This document shows, piece by piece, positions 16,132 to 27,642 of a DNA stretch of 64,000 nt. Numbering within the stretch: the first letter of the stretch is position 1; every line of letters starts with the position of its first letter. The DNA is from Blastocystis sp. Blastoise (lineage: Eukaryota; Protista; Bigyra: Opalinata). The stretch is from NCBI GenBank assembly GCA_039096225.1, contig JBBPEB010000024.1:62001-126000 (forward strand). The letters run 5' to 3'. The notes beneath the pieces are model-generated. The model saw only the letters and a program-made list of their open reading frames with translations. It searched no databases and was not told where the DNA came from. The translations under genes and the position numbers were made by a program.

Positions 16132-18018
16132 TTTAAATTAATATATCATATTAATTTATCTTTTATTGATATTTTATTCATTTATTTTCTTTTATTTTCA
16201 ATTTTTTTTTTCTACTATTCATTCTATATTATTTTAATACTTCATATTTCTATATATACTCAAAATCAATCATTTTCTTCTTATTTCTTCATTATATTCT
16301 TCTATTATCAATTCTATTCAAATATCTACGATTTATATGTAATTATCTTTATGTTAAATGAAGTCTTCAATTTTACTAGATTTTATATATATACCTTATA
16401 TATAGTATTAATTATCAATTTTATTCAAAATTTTATGATTGTGTCCCAAAACACAATTAATAGTTGATATTATATTTATATATATATAATCAATTGAAAT
16501 TTTCAAATTTAGAACTCTAATGGAATCAGGAAATCAATTTATGTTTTGGAATATATATATACTTTTATATATACATTTTCACATAGACGTCCTCTCTAAA
16601 ATCGATTTTTCATTACCTTCTAGATGGTCTTATAGGCTCTATTATACCTCAAACATCTTGTATTGAGCTATATTTGGTTTATTTATCATTCAAATTTTGA
16701 TTCTGAAAATTTCATTTTTTATGACATTTTTCACTTTTTCAAAATTTTGACTAAGTTACCCAAAAAATTAATTTCCTTATTTGTGTTCCAAAACACAATA
16801 AAATTCAACTAGGATATCTATCAACTACAAATAAGTTGTTTTCTTCGAATTTAGAATTCTAATAGAGTCAAGAGAACTAATTTAATGTTTTCATATTATC
16901 TCTCCTATTACCAAGTCAAGCCGAAATTAACTTAAAAATATCGAGTTTTCCAAAATTTTAAAATTTCATTATATACTACTCCTTCCTCTTCATATTAATA
17001 TATATTCCAATTTTCGTAAGTCTCTCTACTTTACTACTTATACATCATTTTATACTAAAATTTTCAATATACTTCTCATTATTATCGTTTTTTCTCAGTA
17101 TTCAAAGCGCACATGATTGTGTTCCTTGGCAATAATATTGTTCATTATTTCCATTATTACATTTCTTATTAAATAAATATTCTCATATTTCTTATTTTTC
17201 ATCATCATTTTTATACTTTTATCAAAATCATGATTCTCATTTTTACTCATATACTCTATATTCTATTAACTGATTCTCTCTTAAATATTTTTCATCCAAA
17301 ACTTATTTATTCTCATATGATGAATTATTTCATCTCATTATTAAATCCATCTTTTTTATTCTATTTTGATCTCTCTTTCTCTCTATTATCACTTTTTAAT
17401 ACAATTCATTTTTTTTATATACATATTGTATATATATATATATATAGATTCCTCTCCTCTATATATATATATATAAACCATATTTTATTTTTCTTTTATA
17501 TATTTATCTTATAATTTATTTAATTTAAAATAGGACATATTTTAATATAATATTAATTAATTTTAATAATAAAATTAAAATATTTTTTTATAATATTTTT
17601 TTATATAATATATTACTATGCCTTATATTTATATATATATACATATATATAAATATAATATTATGACCTTTGTTTTATTAATAATATAAGATTTCTTTAA
17701 TTTTATTATCATAAATTTTATATTATCTAAAGATATATATATATATAGATATCTTATCATATATATAGTTAGGAACTATATAGATCAAAAACTCCTACCT
17801 ATCCTGTCCTATAGGCAAAAAATTAAAAAACTAAAACTTTTTTTATATAATTCTTGTTTTTGACGTCCCTCTTTGGATGTCTTTTTCTCCATGATGACAT
17901 GGAGTTTTTGTTTAGTTTTTGATCTTAAAATAAAGTTGACTTTCTCAATTTTATTATTATTTTATTTTTATTTGTGTTTCTCTGTTCCTTATCTTTCTTT
18001 TCTCTTGTTTAAATTAAT

Positions 18019-18161
18019 TGGTTCGATCCCGGGTCAAGGCGTAATTTTATTTTTATTTATTTTTTTAGATTCTATGAAACATAAGGATCATAATGGTGGT
18101 CCTTTGGAGTTCAAACTCTACACCAAAAATATTTTTCCTAAATGGGAAAAATATCTTTATA
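18019..18161 (+). mobile_element. Second copy of tRNA 3' part + retrotransposon 5' end, truncated by the Tc1-like element
   Basis: 143-bp ungapped match to 8022-8164 with 14 mismatches by manual alignment (first 36 nt identical). It includes the ORF start (MKHKDH..LEFKLYTKNIFPKWEKYLY). Confidence 0.9.
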
Positions 18162-20603
18162 CAGTGTTTTGCAATTTACAATTGCACTGTTTGCAAAATA
18201 CTTTGGCTTCAAATTTTTAAAAAAATCGTGAAATTTTTTTTTTGCAAAATACTTTGGAAGCCAATTTTTTTTTGCAAAATACTTTGGCATCATGAAAAAA
18301 TTTTGCAAAATACTTTGGATTTGACTTTTTGCAAAATACTTTGGCTTTGACTATTTGCAAAAAACAATGGATTTTTTTCAAAAAACAATGGATAATTTTG
18401 CAAAAAACAATGGATTTACATATATATATATTAATAAAAATTTTTATTGGGAGACTACTATAAGGTCAACCAAAATTGCCCTAAAAGCCGATTCAATTTT
18501 TCTTTGATTTTTTATAGTCGGCTTTTAGGGCAATTTTGGTTGACTTTATATGACTTTGGGAATATTTTTTTTATTTTTTTATTTTACTTTTAAATGACGT
18601 TTTTAATAAGATTCGTGTTCTAAAAGAACATTATTTGTGTTTTTTATGTTACAATAAACAAAACAAAATATTAAAAAACTGAACAGATTTATATATAATA
18701 TATATATAAAGTATATATAAATAACTGTTTATATATCATCTCTGTTCATAACCTTAGGCCAAACGTTTCGGATAGTTCCTTGGATAGTTGCACGAACTTC
18801 CATTGGATTAATCTAACGAAAATGATTTCCAATCTTATTAACCAAATCTTCAAGATTTGTAAAGATCTTCAAATCATTTTCAGCACGAGTTTTCCAGAAT
18901 CCAAAGACTTTTTCTATTGGATTAAGTTCAGGACTATAAGGAGCTCCAAAAACTAGTTGATGACCAGCTTCACTAACCTTAGCAGCAACACCAGGATCGT
19001 GATGAATGGATGCATTATCCAAATAAATCACGTGACTACCAGTACCATTGAGGGAGTTCAACAATCCACTTAAATAGGATTGAAAGATTTCAGCATTAAC
19101 GGATCCATGAATTAACTCAGTATAACCAACACCTAAAGTAGAAATAGAAGTAAGAGCAGTTATACTTAAAGCACGAGAGTTACAATTATCAAATGCTTTT
19201 TCACCTCTTGGAGAACGCAAATGACGATGAACTAAACCAACTTCCCAATGACTTTCATCAACATACACTATCATATGACCACGAGATTCTAATAGGTTCA
19301 ATTTTTGAATAACTTCTATTCTCTTTTCTTTATTAGCAGCAGTATTACTAGCAGGTTCTCTATGAGAAGCAAGTTTAATAGTAAAAGCAGGTTGACCATC
19401 TTTTTCCATACCAAAACGAAGATGTCTAGAAATAGTAGAAATAGAAGCATCAATAACACCATTATCTTCTTCTTCTTCTTCTCCTTGATTATCTTCTTCT
19501 TCATTTATTGGTTCAGGAGTAGCTAATTTCGTAGACATTTCAGTAAGTGTTATCTTATTGTTTTCTCTAATCATCTCAGTTAATCTTATAGAACCATTAA
19601 CAGTAATTAACTTCTTTCTTCCTTTCTTCACACTTGATAAATCAATAGAACCACCATCACGAAGTATCTTAATGAAAGCAGATGTTTGTTTCGGTTTAAT
19701 ACCAGTTTTAGTCGAATAAGTAAGAACAGACCATGTTTCACCATGTTCAGAATAGTATCTTCTTAACGCATCACGTTGAATTTGAGTGACTTTAACATAA
19801 ATACGTTTAGGAGCAATAGGAACAGTAGGAATTGTAGCAACAGGGTTATTAGCAGTTTGAATAGGAGGAAGAGCTTCAAAAATCATTGGAACAGATGGAG
19901 CAAGTTCAAAATCAACAGATTCTATTGGCTGAGGAATAATAGGAGGAACGGAAAGCAAGTAATCAGCACGTGAATCAGGGTTAGTAACGTCAGCGAAAAA
20001 GAGAGACATGTTTAATAAACAAGTAAGCAATAGTATGAAGTGTTAATATAGGATATAGTACAAAATTCCTTTTAAACAATGAATAGAATTAATGATTAGA
20101 AGTTGTTTATTGTAACATAAAAAACACAAATAATGTTCTTTTAGAACACGAATCTTATTAAAAACGTCATTTAAAAGTAAAATAAAAAAAAAAAAAAAAA
20201 TATTCCCAAAGTCATATAAGGTCAACCAAAATTGCCCTAAAAGCCGACTATAAAAAATCAAAGAAAAATTGAATCGGCTTTTAGGGCAATTTTGGTTGAC
20301 CTTATAGTAGTCTCTCAATAAAAATTTTTATTAATATATATATATGTAAATCCATTGTTTTTTGCAAAATTATCCATTGTTTTTTGAAAAAAATCCATTG
20401 TTTTTTGCAAATAGTCAAAGCCAAAGTATTTTGCAAAAAGTCAAATCCAAAGTATTTTGCAAAATTTTTTCATGATGCCAAAGTATTTTGCAAAAAAAAA
20501 TTGGCTTCCAAAGTATTTTGCAAAAAAAAAATTTCACGATTTTTTTAAAAATTTTAAGCCAAAGTATTTTGCAAACAGTGCAATTGTAAATTGCAAAACA
20601 CTG
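18162..20603 (-). mobile_element. IS630/Tc1/mariner DNA transposon with ~500-bp TIRs and TA flanks
   Basis: TA|CAGTGTTTTGC...GCAAAACACTG|TA. TIRs at 18162-18661 and 20103-20603 are nearly identical. Confidence 0.95.
18729..20009 (-). CDS. DD34E transposase with one in-frame TAG (18813-18815) near the C-terminus
   Basis: VYVDES, YLDNASIH, APYSPELNPIE, with 34 residues between the second D and E. The frame continues past the TAG as INPMEVRATIQGTIRNVWPKVMNRDDI*. Confidence 0.9.
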
Positions 20604-20605
20604 TA

Positions 20606-21380
20606 CAATTGAATTCAAATAGTTTCTGTTTAAATGATTTTGGTAACGTGTATATTTCAATTTCTCTGTATTTGATATACCAAAACAGGTGATCACAAAT
20701 CGATTCTGTGGTTGAGCAATAAGAAAAAGAAAAAATACTTCCATTATGAGTTATAGATCCAACCATTTCAGTATAGCATAATTATATAAAATTTTATATA
20801 TAATATGTTCATAATTTTCTAGTTTTTATTTATTTATATTAATAGCATGATATCTCATTTATAAGGCAGGAGTTAGTTTACTTTCCATCATATTCTTTTC
20901 ATTGTATTTCTCAATTATTGATCTGAAAAATTTATTATAAAAGAAAAGAAATAATGAAATTATGCTTCTTCTTATTGCAGGACTTCATAAACTATGTATT
21001 TGATCTGTAGGGATGTTTGTTAGAGTTTTCATTTCCATAGGATACGCATATTTTGAAATGTCATCAACATTATTTAATAAATATTCAGCAACTAAATTAC
21101 AGGAGCCATACACTTCTTTAGTTATAGAAGATTCATTATATTGCTCATGAATAGATACAATTGTTTCTGCTAATGTTTTTTTGCTTCTTCAAGAGAATTT
21201 GAGTAAATATATGAACGATATAGGCCATTTGCTGACTTATTTTTTGTTTTAATAGGAAATTTTTATGCATTGTCTGTTTGGCATGATAAAACAAAGAGCA
21301 TGAAATCAATGGAACAACCTCTTTCAAAGCTTTTCTAAGACCTTTTAATCCATCAGTATGTATAATATATATAAGTTTTC
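20606..21380 (-). pseudogene. Decayed Mutator-like (MULE) transposase fragment
   Basis: IIHTDGLKGLRKALKEVVP followed, across a frameshift, by HALCF/YHAK resembles the MULE motif D..KGL..A...VFP...H..C..H. Stops occur downstream. Confidence 0.55.
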
Positions 21381-21382
21381 AG

Positions 21383-21535
21383 CAGGGTTCGTTATCGAAG
21401 AAAATCGATTTTTTTTCCGACTTTTGTCGATTAATCTAGAATATTTTATACTAAACGAATAAATAATTAAATTATTGTTCGATTATCGATTATATTCGAT
21501 TATTCATAATACAATACATATGTTGTTTCTATATA
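21383..21535. mobile_element. hAT-like transposon end with TCGA-rich subterminal repeats, interrupted by the Helitron
   Basis: CAGGGTTCGTTATCGAA resembles the end at 34369 (TAGGGGTTGTTGTCGAA); clustered ATCGA/TCGA motifs follow. Confidence 0.5.
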
Positions 21536-24500
21536 TCTTATATATAAAAGGGATAAGTAAGCACGAAATTGTACTGATATAAATAGACCGATTACTTTTT
21601 TGTGTTACATATCTATGTTACACTGATAAAAGATTTATAATCTATATCAAAAACGTATTATGACGCGCTTTTAAAATTTTCAAAAATTCCACGTCTAAGG
21701 GCTTAAAACGGTCCCACAAAGAAGTGACTTAACCGACTGGGCCACTAAAATGCGATAAAAGGCTCTAATTTGAATTTTTATCCAATAAAAACTGTCGTAC
21801 ACTTCATAGAATTCTTTAATTCTTTATAGAATTCTAAGTTGTTTCTAAAAATTTACTTTTTCTTATAAATTTTATTTTATAGAAAATTTCTTTTTTTATA
21901 ATAATTTTACAAAAGGAATTTCTTTTATATTATGAATTTTATTTATTTTTTGTATTTATTTTATTTTATTTGTTTGTTTATATAATAACATATATATTTT
22001 TAATAAAATAATTTTTATATATTTTAAATATCAGGTTAAACAAATAAACTACTTTTAGATTTTAAAAAGACAATTAAACAAATAATCATTTTTTCAAGTG
22101 ACTTTAACGACATATAATCAACCTATATGCATAGAATAAGTCCTGTAATCAATAAATATAAGAAGTTTAAAAAATTTCATCCACACAGTTTGGAAATATC
22201 GAACACATTCTCTTTTGACCCCTTTCAAATTTTATAGAAACAACTCCAGTCATCATTATTAGTCATGAAAACATCCTAAAAGTGATTAAAACCTGTTTTT
22301 GACATGTTGAAAAAGTGACAAAAAACTTCAATTGCGTGTTCTGCCAACAATTTTCATTTATTTAAACATTAGACTTCAGTTATCTTTATTACTACATATC
22401 CCGTCTCAAAATATATGAAAAAATTACAAAATGATTGAAGTCAGAAACATATCGAAATCATTTAACTCTTTCCAAAGACTATCTGACTTTATATTTTACA
22501 TTTAGATAAAAATCGCCACTCATACAACACATTTTTATAACTCTGAAGCAAAAATGACTGGATATGTATCCAGTGAAGTATCAATAAATTAAATTCTTTC
22601 TTTAGTTTATAGTTCAGTGTCCTCAACTATGCATAAATATGTGATTCTTACACTTTGAAAGAAAGAATGTTGGTTTATCAACAGTTTTTGACCCTTTAAA
22701 TTTTGACTCTTGACTTCATATTTGACATATATATGTACTGTAAACAATACTATCATATTTAGTTTCTTTAAACGAGTTTTAAAAAAAGGTTAAAAAAAGT
22801 TAATTGCGACTTTACGCCAAGAAATGTTTTCCTAACACACTTTTTAACACTTATATGGATACACAATGTACTATTACATACATATATCAACTCAAATTGT
22901 AAAACATAGTTGAATCTTGGGGTCAAAAATGAAATAGTAATTTCATAGTTTTTCAAAAATTGTATTTTTATTGTTTTAACTAAGGCCGATTTCGGTCATC
23001 AATTTATAATATATATATAAAATATAATAGAATTTATATATATTATGCTATTCTTATTAAAAGTATATGAAAAATATTTTTATTAAGTCAAAATTGAAAG
23101 AGTTATTAAATAAATAATTATTACGTCTTTTTTAGAGTTTTTTGTTTTTGTTTTTTGTTTTTTTATTTAATTTTGAGTTGAATGAGAATGTTCTAAATTA
23201 TACAACTAATATTTACAAATATATTAAGCCTTTAGACATACAATTTGTGAATATTGACTTTTTAAAAGACAATTAACAAACAGATTGGCTGATGTAAAGA
23301 TACTTTGACGAGTTGTTTGACAAATTAACATTCAATTACTGAATACATGTATAATATAAGACTTTAAACAAGTGTTGGTTATATTTATATTGAAAAGTTG
23401 AAAACAGTATAATTGTGACTTATCACTATTAATTTTAAACATAAAGTGTAAAAATGAGTTGGATACTGTTATATAGATGTTTATGAGTAAAAAATAGTTT
23501 TAAAATAGTTTTGTATTTTGAAGATATGTCTCCATTCTGACTCTATGTTTTTTACTTTCAATAGAAAATGATAAAATATAGTTTTATAATGAAATATAAA
23601 TAAAGAAATTAAACCTATTTTTCAATATTTTGTTTTGAAGAGTGAATTCATTTACAATTAATTTTTACATAGTAGAGATTCAAGTCAATTTTGATTATTA
23701 GTAACTGTGTATGACACATATTAACGAATGACAAAATTATAGACGATTTTATTTTGATGCAAAACATTTCAAAATGGTAAAGTCTTTCAAAAGTCTTTCA
23801 TAACTGGATGATTCTAAACAAAACCATAATAATTCATTAAACTGTTGATAGTTAGTTTTAAAAATTATTTTAAAGAGTCAACTTGAAATGTTTTTTTAAT
23901 TGTTGAGTTATAAAGCAATAGTAATAAATTTTTTTTACTGAATGTTTTTTAAATAACGTATATATTAAATATATATATTCAATTCAATTAAAAAATAAAA
24001 AAAGTTTGATATTTTGACCCATTCTTTGTAATATGTTTTGCAAATATATCACTAAAGTGTTTTTCTAATAATGGTAAGTATTCTAAACATGCTTGTAGTT
24101 AAAAAAATAAAAATGAATAGTATCAAAAAAATGAGTGAATTACATTGTTGTGTTCAATCTTTCAAACGGTTGCTGTTTTCGTGAGTGAAATGGCCACTGA
24201 TATGTTTTTAAGCCATTATTAAAAGTCTATTAAAAACATTTTTGTCAATTTGTTGTCAGAATCCTTTTAAATAAAAATTTGATAGTCAAAAAAGAATATT
24301 TATTTTATTTATACGTTTATTAAAAAACTGTTGTGTTTATATATAAAAATAGAAAGGTAATATATAAAGTATAAATAAAACACAAACTTCTGTTTTTAAT
24401 TATTTTTTTTTAAATAGAAAATACAAAGAAATAAAGCAATTGGTTTATTTTATCAACCAATAGAATTATTTATAATTTTTTTATATTTTATTTTTTAGAA

Positions 24501-24700
24501 ACACAAATAAAAAAGTCAAAATATGAAAAGAATAATAATTGGCTGTTCATTTTTTGTGTCCCATAAAATCTCAAAAAATCTCAAAAATCTCAAAATATCT
24601 CGAAGATTCAGAATTTTGAAGATTCTTGAGACAAAAGTCATAATGGGAATGGTCTCATTTTTATTTTATTTCCTGTTATAGAGTTGCTTCTCAAAAAAGG

Positions 24701-25397
24701 ATGACTAGATCCAAAAGAAATTATAATAGTCACGATGGTATATTATTAATTTTATTGAGATTTTTTTAATTATTTAGACTCAAGTTTAGATATGGAATGC
24801 CCGTTATTGTCTTTGTTGTCACAATACAATCAAGAAGGTAGATATACATTTATATTATTATTATATTTAGTAATATAATATATTTTTATTAATAATTGGT
24901 TTATCTTTTAATTGATTAAAAATTAATATTTCTTTTTCTATTATTATATAATTCTTTATTTTAACACAAGATAATTGAATTTTTAAACAGTTTATATTTT
25001 CTAAATTAAATATATATATTATTTTTGATTTTCGTTTTCAACTCTTTAAAATATAATATTATTACAATATTAAATTATTATTTTTGTACATAATTTGAGT
25101 AAGAATCTATATATGAATAATGTTAATCAAACATATATATACTATATATATTATATATACTATTCTATATTTCTATAGACTCCAGTTCGATTCCGAATTC
25201 CATGAATAGTACATATACATATTATATATATTATATCTTATGAGTAATAATTATTTTATATATGTAGATTATTCAAATATTCCTTCTTTTTTTGGGAGGT
25301 ATATATATATTATAAATATTATTTAAATATTATTTTATAATATATAATGATATCTTTCTTTTATAGATTCTTTATCGACAATATATTCTATAAACTG

Positions 25398-25428
<31 letters not shown>

Positions 25429-26272
25429 ATTCATTACTACAAATATGTTCTTTAAATAACCTTTTTTCCTTAATAGTACATATATATATAATTTATATAT
25501 ATATTTAATATTACGTTATAATGTATATATTATTATATATATAGACCCTTCATCGAGCGCTTCTTCATTAAATAGTATATATAAAATATTATATTTTATA
25601 TATTATAAAATATTTATTAAATATTATACTGCAATATCTTATCTCATTTATATATAGACTTCTCATCGATACCTAATTCCACAAACAGTAATTATACATT
25701 TTATATACATATTATATGTATACTATATATACTAATTTATTATTTATTTATAGACTCCTCATTGATACCTAATTCTATGAATAGTACATATACATATTAT
25801 ATATATTATATATGCTATATATATACTTATTCTTTTTCTATTTATAGACTCCTCATTGATCCCTAATTCATTAAACAGTAAATATATATTATATATATAG
25901 TTTTTATATTATAATATGTATTAAAATATAATATAAAATAAAAATTCTTTTATCTAGGTACTTCTTCTATTCAATCAATACCAAATGGTATGATTTTTTA
26001 TTATATTATATATTTTTGGTACAAATATTATAATATATGCCGTAATATATAATAATCATTACATATATAGTTGCTTCTTCTATTCTTTCAAATCCAGTTG
26101 GTACATATCATATCATTCTAAATTATATTACTTATATATTTATATATTATGATTATATTATAATACATATATATATATATAGATGTTGATTTATCAATAA
26201 TGAATAGTATATAATCATTTTATTTACTAATATACAATATAGACGATATAGCAGATACTGAAATCTGTTCAA

Positions 26273-26320
<48 letters not shown>

Positions 26321-27439
26321 GATTCTAAAAGGTCAAAACATTATTTAAATCAAAGTATGTATTAATATTACTTATAATTATATATTTAGAAATTCGTTCT
26401 ATGAAAAATAGAAATAATTCAAATGAAACTGCATTAGTAAAAAGTATATAGTACTAAATTCAATTATATCTATATATATATTAGGTAAAGAAGAGGATGA
26501 ATGTTGTCTCACTAAGTGTGAAAAATGCAGGAAAGAATCTGCAATGTTTAATATAAATTGTAAAAGTATTTTATTTAATTTTATTTTTGTTTTACTTGAG
26601 TTTTTTAATTTTTTTCTGTTTTTAAATATATAATAATTTGTTATACTTGATATCATTTATTTATTTATTATTTTGTGTTATGTATTAAATATTAACCTAT
26701 ATAATAAGAATCTCATCTATTTATAATATTGAGTATTCAGTATAGTCTAAGGTTAGAAAAATTTAATATATATCAACGATATAAATAAATATTTATTTGA
26801 TATTGATTAGAAACTTATTATTATATATTTTGTTTCTTTTCCATAATAGCATATCACTAAGAGTGATGCTATGCTATTATTATTTTTTGTATTATGTTTG
26901 TTTCAATTTGACTAAACGTTTTATATTTTCTTATATACATAGAGTACAAGAGAATAGAGAACATATTCGAATTTCACTCTTCTTGCTTTTGTTTAAATTA
27001 TAAAGGAAGCGAAGGTACATTTTAATATTAACTATTTTTAATATATTTTTATTTAGAAAATAGTCATTTTAGTAATAATATTGAAAAACAATTCTTTGAG
27101 AGTAAACTATTCTCGGTTAATTGTGATAGTATGATTTTTAATAGAAATAGTTTATATAAATAGGTAACGATGACTCAGAAGTTATTAATAGATTTATATT
27201 CAAAGATAATACAACTCTATTTGCAAATAAAACTAAAGAATTATCCAGTAATAAAGAAAAACACTCAGGTATGTAATATATATATAAATTAAAATATTAT
27301 AATAGTTCTTTTATCAAATAATAATAAAAATGATAAAGAAGAGGATGAAGAGGATCTATCAAGTCCTCCTTATAGTGATAGAGAGGTTTCACCTCCTACT
27401 TCACCTATTTGTCCTTTATCTCCTCTTGATTATTATTAA
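24701..27439 (+). CDS. Helitron cargo gene built from many phase-1 micro-exons; Ser/Asn/Pro-rich protein of unknown function
   Basis: Successive AG|exon|GT units of 30,31,30,30,30,30,30,30,30,24,30,36,54 nt between 25179 and 26443. Terminal exon ends ...SPICPLSPLDYY* at 27439. Start codon and exon links around 26560-26940 are uncertain. Confidence 0.65.
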
Positions 27440-27642
27440 GAGCTTTGTTTTGTTATTTTATATTTTGTTAGATTTGTATTGTTATTTACTTTTTTTTTCT
27501 TTTTAAACTTACTTTTTGTTTGGTTAAATATTTTTTTATATAAATATAATGAAAATAATAATTTAAATATGTATATATTTTTAAGATAATAATACATATT
27601 TAATTACATTCTTATATAAACTAATTATATGTAATACTATAG

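Larger units (their letters stand above)
8045..18018 (+). mobile_element. Non-LTR retrotransposon with restriction-like endonuclease (R2/R4/NeSL-type architecture), tRNA-associated
   Basis: Single long RT-RLE ORF plus ~1.9 kb 3' region. The 3' junction at 18018/18019 abuts TGGTTCGATCCCGGGTCAAGGCG (tRNA 3' part). The 5' boundary lies somewhere in 8022-8057. Confidence 0.85.

Noticed and set aside
8022-18161. 143-bp direct repeats read as LTRs or as one long TSD
   Set aside because: The protein is non-LTR RT-RLE type (no gag/integrase). The copies differ at 14 sites although the ORF is intact, and they include the ORF start, so a tandem second element fits better. A shorter TSD (up to 36 bp) remains possible.
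18190-18420. CRISPR-like spaced repeats TTTGCAAAATACTTTGG
   Set aside because: Spacers are short and irregular, the block is mirrored in the opposite TIR, there are no cas genes, and the context is eukaryotic.
25179-25877. CRISPR array (30-nt repeats with spacers)
   Set aside because: Repeats are divergent and AG/GT bounded, and the spacers are AT-rich introns.
27437-27456. TGTTTTGTT shortly after a stop codon as a Blastocystis-type polyadenylation motif and organism clue
   Set aside because: Single imperfect instance in T-rich DNA; insufficient for a taxonomic call.
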